DNA of 64,000 nt, taken from Candidatus Poribacteria bacterium. Lineage in GTDB: Bacteria > Poribacteria > WGA-4E > PCPOR2b. The stretch lies in assembly GCA_965208325.1 (NCBI GenBank), contig OZ242326.1:256001-320000 (forward strand). Reading direction: 5' to 3'. The notes beneath the pieces are model-generated. The model did no database searches and was not told the DNA's origin. It saw only the letters and a program-made list of their open reading frames with translations. How positions within the stretch are numbered: position 1 is the stretch's first letter; each line of letters starts with the position of its first letter. This document shows positions 19,198 through 26,880 of the stretch, piece after piece. Position numbers and translations under genes: made by a program.

Positions 19198-21093
19198 CTA
19201 CAGCTTCTTCAACGTTACCTCTAGCACAAAGTCGGGAACGAGGTCGAAAAATAGCACCAAGTGGAACTCGCTGTCCGTGTTCTTTGCAATGATGAACTCT
19301 TTGGCGTTGGTTTCGACCCTGAATAGATCAGGGTTACTTGCAAATTCGTCCGGCAACTCCCAAAACGCAATCGCATAATCTGGAAATTCCGCTTCGGTGA
19401 GCATTCTCAACTCTATCCGAAACCCCTCCTCGACCGGCATCCATTTCGGTTTTGACCGAAGCGTGGGAATTCTTGCCGGATCGACGCCCGAATAGACGGG
19501 CCAGGTCCGGTTTGACTGGAAGAAACCCACATCAGGCGTCTCCACGTGTGAAATCGAACTCCCTTCAGGTCCAATCATTGCTTCCTGGTTCGTGTAGTCG
19601 AACCACCAGATGGGGTTGAGACATTCCCGCTCGAACCGGATGGAACGGCGCTGGTCCTCGACGACGATGTACTCGTAAGACCACGGGTCTTTGCCGCCGT
19701 AGCGCGTATTTTTCCTCAAATCCATGATGGGTGGGATGCGCGTATTCCAAGGGAGCCGCTCGCGTGTCAACAATATATGCGCGCCAGCCCACCCGTTAAT
19801 CCAGTTCATGTCGTAGAAGATGTGATCAGTCTTGCTGACGAATACAGTGCGCGGGGTAACTTTATAGTGGCGGCGATAGTAGTCGGCGACATCAAGCGAT
19901 CGCGCGTAGACTAGCTTGAAGGCTTTGGGTATTTCGAAAGCCATGTAACGCTGGAATCGTTCTACAAACTGAAACACCGGGTACAAATTGTGCTCAACTC
20001 CCCAATCGCTGTCATCTAACGGGCAACGGAGTGCGCTGTCGCGAAGCTGGCAAGTAAAGGCAGCGTCATAGAGCGGGAACAAAAACGCCGGGTGCTCGCT
20101 CATCTCCGCAAGATTCTTTGCCTCATTCACACCCTGGCGAAAACACGTCTCAGCCTCGTCCCAATGGTTTTCTGACGTGTCAAACTGGTTGTGCCAAGTC
20201 ACAGGTCCCAAGAAATGCCAGCCGGTACAGAAATCCCATTGATTCGCCACGACCGAACCGCCTTCAGCCTGATTGGTCTTGCGGAAATCCAACGGCGAAG
20301 CGAAGTAGGGAAATTCCGGCATTCCGAGCCAGGATCCCCCGTTTGCCATCTGTAGTCCGAAGTGGCTGTTGATACCGAGGTTCATGAACGTTGCCGCATA
20401 ACCGGGGTCGTTTGAATGCCACATTTCAACCCGTCCCGCACGGGTGTCGTTTGTATCGGGTAGAAGCTGCTTGACTCGGTCCAGCGCTTCACCGTACACT
20501 CTCACGCGCTCTTCTTGACTGAGCCTCGGCGTGTCCGGATATTGCGGAACGACTGCATCGCCGTAATATCGGTGGAACTCCAGAAATTTTTGGCACAGCG
20601 GATCGCCCGGATCGTAACTCACGGTATAGTCGATTTTCGCAATTTTCTCGTAATATCTCTCTACCGGGAGAGGATAGTCAATTGGAATGCCGGTGGCGTG
20701 CAAAGTCGGTCGCTGCAAGGCGGGGTAACCGCTGAAGCGTATTACAATCCAATCATCTTCGATCGCCGCGAAATAACGGTAGAACACCTCGTCGCCAGCA
20801 CACCACCGCGCGATGTAGTTGCCGGGAGCCGGTGGCTGATAGCTGAAAAACGCACGCCCATTGTCGAATCTCAATTCAAACCGTTTTGACTCGAGTGTGT
20901 CCAACCATCCCAAATCTCCGCCCGCAGTAAAGGCATCCCCCGGTTCCGCGAGTTCGAGATATCGCGGGAATATGGTTAGCGGCTCGGCTTCGATTCCATC
21001 CGGGAGGTAAAAGGTGAATTCTACGCTTTCCCCCATCTGCAAAAGCCTGGCGCCCGTAATCCATTGCGGTTTTTTCAAAAGATTCTCATTCAT
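19198..21093 (-). CDS. Uncharacterised 631-aa protein, possibly carbohydrate-active (barrel-like)
   Basis: Long aromatic-rich ORF with no signal peptide and no confidently recognised family. Confidence 0.6.
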   Translation of the reverse strand: MNENLLKKPQWITGARLLQMGESVEFTFYLPDGIEAEPLTIFPRYLELAEPGDAFTAGGDLGWLDTLESKRFELRFDNGRAFFSYQPPAPGNYIARWCAGDEVFYRYFAAIEDDWIVIRFSGYPALQRPTLHATGIPIDYPLPVERYYEKIAKIDYTVSYDPGDPLCQKFLEFHRYYGDAVVPQYPDTPRLSQEERVRVYGEALDRVKQLLPDTNDTRAGRVEMWHSNDPGYAATFMNLGINSHFGLQMANGGSWLGMPEFPYFASPLDFRKTNQAEGGSVVANQWDFCTGWHFLGPVTWHNQFDTSENHWDEAETCFRQGVNEAKNLAEMSEHPAFLFPLYDAAFTCQLRDSALRCPLDDSDWGVEHNLYPVFQFVERFQRYMAFEIPKAFKLVYARSLDVADYYRRHYKVTPRTVFVSKTDHIFYDMNWINGWAGAHILLTRERLPWNTRIPPIMDLRKNTRYGGKDPWSYEYIVVEDQRRSIRFERECLNPIWWFDYTNQEAMIGPEGSSISHVETPDVGFFQSNRTWPVYSGVDPARIPTLRSKPKWMPVEEGFRIELRMLTEAEFPDYAIAFWELPDEFASNPDLFRVETNAKEFIIAKNTDSEFHLVLFFDLVPDFVLEVTLKKL

Positions 21094-21140
21094 CTGATAT
21101 CGCTCTGGCTGCAGGTAGCCTTCCAGTTGCTTTGACGCAA

Positions 21141-21785
21141 TTAAATCGCTAGACGAATCAAGGGTTTGACAGTCGGACGTGAATAGGTGCGCTTTGAGAC
21201 AGTGTCAGCAAAGAACGGCGCAAAAAAGGCATCGTGACAGGTCAGAAATTCATTTAAGTTAATTCCCATATACATGGTTGGGTTGCCAAGGTTCGTCCGC
21301 ACGCGGCGGACCTTATCGCGTCCGGCTGTTGAAAGGCTTCGCAACGGTCGGAGTTGACGCGAATGGAATTTGATTAGCGAAGCTGAAATTTGAATCAACC
21401 CCTGCAAAAACAGCCGGTATTCATCTTCAGCTATCTGCCACAGTCCCTCCCACGCCTCGTGCGCTTCCCACCAAAAAGCAAAGTTGTAGAGGTCTACGCC
21501 GTAGAGGTAATCCTCATTCTCGCGCCACGCCTCCGCCGGCGGGATATGCTCGTGGGCTTCTTCGTTCAATCCGTAACTATGACCATGAACGTCGTTGATT
21601 GGGTGAGGCGTGGTGCCCGGCACATGGCGATACGATGGAAAGGGTCGTTGCGGACAGTAACGTATCCAGTCAGGATCAAACGGCACAGGTTGCGGGATAC
21701 GCGAATCTCTTTCCTCGGTGCGTCGAACAACGCGCTTTCGGCGCCTGAGAAATCCTAGTCCCGTGATTTTCATGAAGCTAACCAC
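21141..21785 (-). CDS. DUF309 domain protein
   Basis: GVDLYN..FWWEAHEAWEGLW...FLQGLIQ. Confidence 0.85.
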   Translation of the reverse strand: MVSFMKITGLGFLRRRKRVVRRTEERDSRIPQPVPFDPDWIRYCPQRPFPSYRHVPGTTPHPINDVHGHSYGLNEEAHEHIPPAEAWRENEDYLYGVDLYNFAFWWEAHEAWEGLWQIAEDEYRLFLQGLIQISASLIKFHSRQLRPLRSLSTAGRDKVRRVRTNLGNPTMYMGINLNEFLTCHDAFFAPFFADTVSKRTYSRPTVKPLIRLAI

Positions 21786-21832
21786 CTCAAGATTGAATCG
21801 GGGAGTGCTGGCGGGATTGGTGCGGGAAGTTC

Positions 21833-22099
21833 CTATGCAGTATCATCGCGTTTTTTATCTAGATCAAAGCCGTCCTTTATCCAATACACAAACTTGCATA
21901 TACCTTTTGGTAAGAAGTACAATGTGGCGCCGCCAGTTAAGGTGAAAAACAAGCAAATTGATGCGTCACTACGACTGTGATGCATAAGACTGTAGACTAA
22001 GCATAAACACCCGAAAGCCGCCCATAAACCACTTAATCCAACCGAACACGCGGCAACAATTCTTCTAACGCCCTCGGATCGAGGTTGCTTGCTCTTCAA
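21833..22099 (-). CDS. Small hypothetical membrane protein
   Basis: Two hydrophobic segments; GGAGG RBS before TTG. Confidence 0.5.
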   Translation of the reverse strand: MKSKQPRSEGVRRIVAACSVGLSGLWAAFGCLCLVYSLMHHSRSDASICLFFTLTGGATLYFLPKGICKFVYWIKDGFDLDKKRDDTA

Positions 22100-22115
22100 T
22101 CTAGGCCTCCGGTTG

Positions 22116-22502
22116 TCACCATTCTCGATCGACCCCGTAAGCGTTATATCCCGTGTCTACGCTAATTATTGGAAATCCTTCAACCAGTCCTTGAGCGATT
22201 ATCATGCGGTCAAATGGATCTCGGTGATGATATGGTAAATTGGTTAGCTTGATGAGGCTATCAACCGTAATATCCAATATCTCAATTTGATTCAGATGTA
22301 GTTCATCTGGAAACATCTGGTCAAACGGTCTGTCTAACTCAAGTTTCCCTAAACCCGTTTTAACTGCAATCTCCCATAGACTCGCAACACTGAATACACT
22401 TTCGTGGCTGGAATTCTCGATTAACTGTCGTGCTCTGCGGCTCAGTTTTTTGTCGTCAGCAAGAAACCAAAGCAGCGTATGTGTATCAAGCAGATACTTC
22501 AT
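22116..22502 (-). CDS. vapC: VapC PIN-domain toxin, intact
   Basis: YLLDTHTLLW, SVASLWEIAVK, HHRDPFDRMIIAQ, ISVD; acidic PIN residues present. Confidence 0.93.
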   Translation of the reverse strand: MKYLLDTHTLLWFLADDKKLSRRARQLIENSSHESVFSVASLWEIAVKTGLGKLELDRPFDQMFPDELHLNQIEILDITVDSLIKLTNLPYHHRDPFDRMIIAQGLVEGFPIISVDTGYNAYGVDREW

Positions 22503-23317
22503 TCCATATACTCTTTGAAATCCGGGAGTTCATCGTCAAAATCTTCGCGAATGTGAATAAGTCCTTTTGCGCTGCCAGCTACAGCCTTTAACCACGGTTC
22601 CAGAAAGACGGTCTTCCACTTAAATTGGTAGGTTGGCATCGTCGTGTTTATTGACTCAGCATAAAACAGGAAGTGATACTTTACATAAGTCTGGTCCAGC
22701 AATTTCATGCAATCATCCAGTTCCCCAAATGTCGGAACATCTTCCGAATCGTCCATGTCCCAATGTGCAATACGTTTATCAGCGATCGCTTCATGAATTT
22801 CTACGGCGGATTTGAGCCGTTTCAAATCGGCTTCTACCATCGTGGGGCACACATGCTTTCCGCTGGCATCTGTGTATCGCGCAAAGTCATTCATCTTAAT
22901 CAAATCTTTCGGTTTGGAGGTACCGGTAATCCCGACTTCTTCAAATTCGTTCCTTCCCTCTGTTTCTATTTGACTGATGTCAGGTCCATAAGGATAAGCA
23001 CAGAGGGAACGAAAGTAGTCGCGGGATAACTCTTCAGGGTTTTTCAAAATATCACCAAGCAATCCCACAAAGGATATACTGTCCTTTTGAGGTTTAATTT
23101 GTCGGAGCAGCCCAGCTAGTGCATGAGAAAGATAAGTCCGCCCAAGATAGCGGTAGAAGGCACTCGGTTTTTGGATACGCGGATTCGCGCGGATAATGTC
23201 TTGAACTTCCCAGAAAATATTCGCATCCACAACAAGACCCTGAATTTCGTCGCGAATCGCCTGCATCCATGTAAGCCACTTCTTGAGTTTCGGACTCGCC
23301 TTAAATTTCTGATTCAT
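22499..23317 (-). CDS. HEPN (AbiU2-like) domain fused to a C-terminal DUF2281/VapB-type antitoxin tail
   Basis: Helical domain with DSISF..LL and ADKRIAH, ending VFLEPWL, then AGSAKGLIHIREDFDDELPDFKEYME; ATGA overlap with vapC; start ATG 23317 inferred. Confidence 0.72.
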   Translation of the reverse strand: MNQKFKASPKLKKWLTWMQAIRDEIQGLVVDANIFWEVQDIIRANPRIQKPSAFYRYLGRTYLSHALAGLLRQIKPQKDSISFVGLLGDILKNPEELSRDYFRSLCAYPYGPDISQIETEGRNEFEEVGITGTSKPKDLIKMNDFARYTDASGKHVCPTMVEADLKRLKSAVEIHEAIADKRIAHWDMDDSEDVPTFGELDDCMKLLDQTYVKYHFLFYAESINTTMPTYQFKWKTVFLEPWLKAVAGSAKGLIHIREDFDDELPDFKEYME

Positions 23318-23421
23318 GGTATAAGCCTTTCTCAAACGGAAAAGTTCAGTTTTTCGATTATATGATGAGTGTCGCGCCGTTGAAGGTTACAGTTTTCCTC
23401 TGTCGGCGCAACGTATTGAGA

Positions 23422-23682
23422 TTATGAGGGCTGCAACGGCTTGTCAGACTGAAATGCACTGTACGCATACACGGGTGTCTCGATGACGCGAACAGGGCGG
23501 TGCTGTCCCCATGCAGCTTGCTGTAAAAGTTCGACGGTTTCTGGGGAGAAGTATCTTTCTCCTGTTTCGGCATTTACTCGGGCGGGCACATCTTCAACAA
23601 TAACGAACCGCCCATTGACTTCAACACTATACGTTACCCTTTTCTCAACTAAAGTCTCATTCCACACATTATCGTCGACCAT
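23422..23682 (-). CDS. YgiT-type (MqsA N-terminal-like) antitoxin, Cys-less variant
   Basis: VTYSVEVNGRFVIVEDVPARVNAETGERYFSPETV; ATG 23682 after GGAG/GAGG. Confidence 0.8.
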   Translation of the reverse strand: MVDDNVWNETLVEKRVTYSVEVNGRFVIVEDVPARVNAETGERYFSPETVELLQQAAWGQHRPVRVIETPVYAYSAFQSDKPLQPS

Positions 23683-23725
23683 GCTGCCTCTTCTCCGTCT
23701 TGAATTCAATCCATCGTATTATTCG
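23669..23725 (-). pseudogene. Possible C-terminal remnant of a DUF4258-type toxin
   Basis: Frame reads RIIRWIEFKTEKRQHGRR*, overlapping the YgiT start, like the W.DF..R tail of DUF4258 genes that usually precede YgiT genes. Confidence 0.35.
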
Positions 23726-23738
23726 GATTGATTGGATT

Positions 23739-23859
23739 TCAAAGTTGATTGAGCAATCCATCATATTCGGCGTGAGAGCCTATCCAAAACCGATAAATCC
23801 TATCATCTTCCCGCAAGCCCAAAGCACGCAAGAAAATCCTCTGCCAGATATGAGTTCAC
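23739..23859 (-). pseudogene. RelE/ParE-like toxin pseudogene with internal deletion and frameshift
   Basis: GTG-start MNSYLAEDFLACF joined out of frame to RALGLREDDRIYRFWIGSHAEYDGLLNQL*; central part missing; overlaps antitoxin stop. Confidence 0.8.
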
Positions 23860-24074
23860 AACTCATCAATTCCCATCTTTTTGATGCGGCCTGCCTTAAT
23901 GTCAGTTCGGACTTTGAGGGCGAGTTTGGCAAGTTTATCATGTGATTCGGAAAAAGCCGCATCCCATCGTCCTTCATCGTCGAGTTCTTCAAGGATCAAC
24001 GCCGCAATGGTGTCCTGTTTTTCAGGTGGAAGTTTATAAACCTCAATGAGTGCTTTTTCAAGAAGTTGTGTCAT
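23856..24074 (-). CDS. Putative antitoxin (MTQLLEKA...WD..F family)
   Basis: MTQLLEKALIEVYKLPPEKQDTIAALILEELDDEGRWDAAFSES; directly upstream of the toxin remnant; GAGG RBS. Confidence 0.75.
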   Translation of the reverse strand: MTQLLEKALIEVYKLPPEKQDTIAALILEELDDEGRWDAAFSESHDKLAKLALKVRTDIKAGRIKKMGIDEL

Positions 24075-24119
24075 AATTGCTGTTCCTTCCTCTACTGGAT
24101 GTAGCGCGTTTAGCATTCG

Positions 24120-24384
24120 TTACGGGAAGTATCAAAATATGTCCCGGCGCGTTTGGCACCGTACAAACATTGTGCTGTCTTGGTTTAACGGTAGACCAAG
24201 CCATTATTCGCCAATCCAAAATCGATAGCAACTTCCACTGCCGCTGAGTTTTCGGACATTACTCACTTTTTTGAGGTCGTCTACTTCTTCAATTCGTTGT
24301 ATCGCTGGCCTGACAAAGAATTTCCCGGAATGCCCTGCTGCGTCTCATGACCCGGGTGAAGCTGTTTCAAAACTCAACTTTCAC
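24120..24384 (-). pseudogene. RelE/ParE toxin pseudogene (three in-frame stops plus a frameshift)
   Basis: MKVEF*NSFTR... then VRPAIQRIEEVDDLKKVSNVRKLSGSGSCYRFWIGE*WLG...FVRCQTRRDIF*YFP*, matching the RelE-type consensus ending HRRDIYRYFP. Confidence 0.85.
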
Positions 24385-24590
24385 GATTCGGTTTCTAAAA
24401 TTTTGAAGACCTGTTTTCTAGGGACAATCCCGGTCTCTTCCCCGTCTTTGATTGCATTAGCTAGAGCCACATCTTCAAGAACTTCAATGAATACATCATA
24501 CAATAAATCTCTCCGTTCCTGTAACAGTTCGGCGGTCGCTTGTTTGAACACTTCCTTCAGTTGATTCTTATCATCAATTATCTGTTGCAT
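24381..24590 (-). CDS. Putative antitoxin partner of the RelE pseudogene
   Basis: LKEVFKQA..ELLQERRDL....EVLEDVALANAIKDGE; GTGA overlap with the relE remnant. Confidence 0.75.
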   Translation of the reverse strand: MQQIIDDKNQLKEVFKQATAELLQERRDLLYDVFIEVLEDVALANAIKDGEETGIVPRKQVFKILETES

Positions 24591-24623
24591 ATCAGGCTCT
24601 TAAATTACTTAATCTCAAGCGGT

Positions 24624-24848
24624 TTAAACATTGCCAAGCGAAAGTATCTTTGCTTGTACAGATTCCAAAATTGAATCTCGAATGAACGCACTAGCATTTA
24701 AAATTTCGATACCGATTAGTTCTCCGGCGTCATTTAATTCTACCGTAATATTGGGATTCAGTTCAATACTTCCCCTTTCGGGTTCATCAGAAATCTCCAA
24801 ATGCAATACGTCTTCTTGCTCAAAATATGCCATCTTTGTATTATTCAA
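24624..24848 (-). CDS. DUF2283 domain protein (orphan antitoxin-type)
   Basis: YFEQEDVLHL...IELNPNITVELNDAGELIGIEILNAS; TTG 24848 after GAGG. Confidence 0.85.
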   Translation of the reverse strand: MNNTKMAYFEQEDVLHLEISDEPERGSIELNPNITVELNDAGELIGIEILNASAFIRDSILESVQAKILSLGNV

Positions 24849-24956
24849 GCGTATACCTCTGAATTGCAGCGATATAAGAATTCCAAAATTTCTGAGATTT
24901 TCTTCGAATCGTGATGATTTCAAGAGTTACCGGCAGAATAAACCATCTCCCGTGGG

Positions 24957-26495
24957 TTAATCTGAAAAACTATGTTCTGCTTTAGCGGAAGGGTAATCCA
25001 AGCACATAGACTCGTGCTCCGCACCCGCATCTATTTCATGAAGCAATACTTTATGGATTTCTACCATAGCAAGTGTGTCCATCCTGCAATAATTCTTCAA
25101 GTGATAAATCATATTGCCTTTTTCTACTTCCCCCGTGGTGTTAATCATCAAATCCCAGACAGCCTGGGCGTCATCGCCGTCTTGAACATCCAAAGTCTGG
25201 TAGGAAAGAGACGGTACCAAAATAGGAAGTACGTTCTTTAGAGAATTTGAACCACCAAAACCGGGGTGTTTATAGTGATTTTTAAAAATCAACAGCTGGT
25301 CCCATAGTCTGGAAACAACTGACTGAAGTGCTCCAGAGTATTCAGGGAAATATTGAGCCAATTCCTCAAATCTCTCGCGTTCAAAAGAAGCAGAATAGAC
25401 TACCACCGAACCGACATCGGAGATATGATTAAGCATAGATTCCACTAAAGGTAATCTTGGATCAGTTGTATCGGTGTGCAAGTATTCGTGATGTGTAATC
25501 GAACCGTCTGATTGCAAAATGTGGCAACTGTACTGAAATGGAAAGTGATTGTACGGACTTAAACCCTCAAACCTCGGAATCGCAGGGTTGAGCGTTTCAA
25601 AATCAAAGAAATGAATAGGATATTCTAATTCTGATAATTCGTTTCTGATTGCCGCAACATCAATCTCTGGCTGATTATTCAGAACCATATCAACGTAAGC
25701 GCGCTGATTTTGAGTCAATGCAAAATCGGCAGGGAGATCTTCAAGACTAAAGACTCCGCTTTCTATCAACTGGTTTTTTTTATCCCAACTAAGTCGCGGA
25801 ATAGTGAAAATTGAGGGTTCAGGAACGAACTCCCAACAATGGTCCTTAAACGGGCAAGTGTCGGGCTCGTCACACTGCTTTCCTATTGAGACGACCGGTT
25901 CAACGTCACCTTGAAGTATTGATTTGAATGTCTCTACATCGCCGGGGACATTTTCCATCAATGGGTCAACTCGATCGGTTACATCATCAAAAACAAACAA
26001 ATTAGAGAGGTCCGGATAAACACATTCTCGATTTATATGCATCAACTGTGTTCTAGAGATGGACACGCCGATTTCACTCAAGACGTACTTTAGGGCAGCT
26101 AGTTCATGCAAATGCGCTTCTTTGACATTTTTTGACGCGGTGACTTTAATGATTTTCCACGACTTTGAGTCTTTCTGAAGAACATCACACCGTGCCGAAA
26201 TACCATCAAAATTAAAGATAGGTTCAAAGATGTACGGTACGCCGCGTCGCATGGCATCTTGGGTTTGCTCTGAAGACTCCTCATGATCCAAGGAATCAAT
26301 CAACATGCCCCCCGGAAAATTATCTCGAGCAAGAACTCTGACCTCTGTGCTTTGATTGATAATTCGCTGTTGCGATCTGGATACTGTAGATGCTCTCTGT
26401 GGATGGCTCTTTTCACACCAAAGGCGTTCATACCATAGGCGTTTGTGACATTGCAGCCCGCTCATATATTTGGAATTCGTAACGAACATTTCCAT
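24957..26495 (-). CDS. DUF2779 domain protein (Cas4/PD-(D/E)XK-like N-part plus RNase H-like domain)
   Basis: SKYMSGLQCHKRLW, C..P..CPF..HCW, YPIHFFDFET, PFQYSCH, SLKNVLP, YCRMDT. Confidence 0.85.
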   Translation of the reverse strand: MEMFVTNSKYMSGLQCHKRLWYERLWCEKSHPQRASTVSRSQQRIINQSTEVRVLARDNFPGGMLIDSLDHEESSEQTQDAMRRGVPYIFEPIFNFDGISARCDVLQKDSKSWKIIKVTASKNVKEAHLHELAALKYVLSEIGVSISRTQLMHINRECVYPDLSNLFVFDDVTDRVDPLMENVPGDVETFKSILQGDVEPVVSIGKQCDEPDTCPFKDHCWEFVPEPSIFTIPRLSWDKKNQLIESGVFSLEDLPADFALTQNQRAYVDMVLNNQPEIDVAAIRNELSELEYPIHFFDFETLNPAIPRFEGLSPYNHFPFQYSCHILQSDGSITHHEYLHTDTTDPRLPLVESMLNHISDVGSVVVYSASFERERFEELAQYFPEYSGALQSVVSRLWDQLLIFKNHYKHPGFGGSNSLKNVLPILVPSLSYQTLDVQDGDDAQAVWDLMINTTGEVEKGNMIYHLKNYCRMDTLAMVEIHKVLLHEIDAGAEHESMCLDYPSAKAEHSFSD

Positions 26496-26807
26496 CTCAA
26501 TACTTACCTTGGAATATCAATTCAGTCTCCACAGTCCAAAAATCTACCCGTTGCCAGAAAGTGCCCTTATTTGTTCCCGTCGCTCTAGTTTTTTTTGGAT
26601 GTCGTTAGTATGGCTCAAGCGATTCATATTTGTTTTTTCATCTCCTGTTTCCACGTGCGCTTCGTCTCTGTCCGACACGCTGTTTATACCTACGTATCGC
26701 CTGTATTGCAATTGAAGGCTGCGTACTAATTCTCGCTGCTCCACTGTGTATCGTTTCATAATCATATCGAGTTGCACTATTCTTATCAAGCGTCACACAC
26801 CCACCCC

Positions 26808-26850
26808 AAAAAAGAAAAGCGTGACAAACCCCGTTTCCGTTCATCACGCT
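26808..26850 (-). terminator. Putative intrinsic terminator after the sulfite reductase gene
   Basis: Stem AGCGTGA/TCACGCT (26818-26850) followed on the minus strand by a T-rich tract. Confidence 0.5.
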
Positions 26851-26880
26851 CTATATTGGCGACGCTAGACGCTTGATGAT

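Noticed and set aside
24957..26495. cas4 of a CRISPR locus
   Set aside because: Architecture fits DUF2779; no cas1/cas2 or array in the window
22100..26500. Integron cassette array or prophage explaining the TA island
   Set aside because: I saw no integrase, attC-like repeats or phage genes
26544..26847. 81-aa and 69-aa minus-strand ORFs between DUF2779 and the reductase
   Set aside because: No motif or clear RBS, they overlap each other and one spans the terminator; a small gene cannot be excluded
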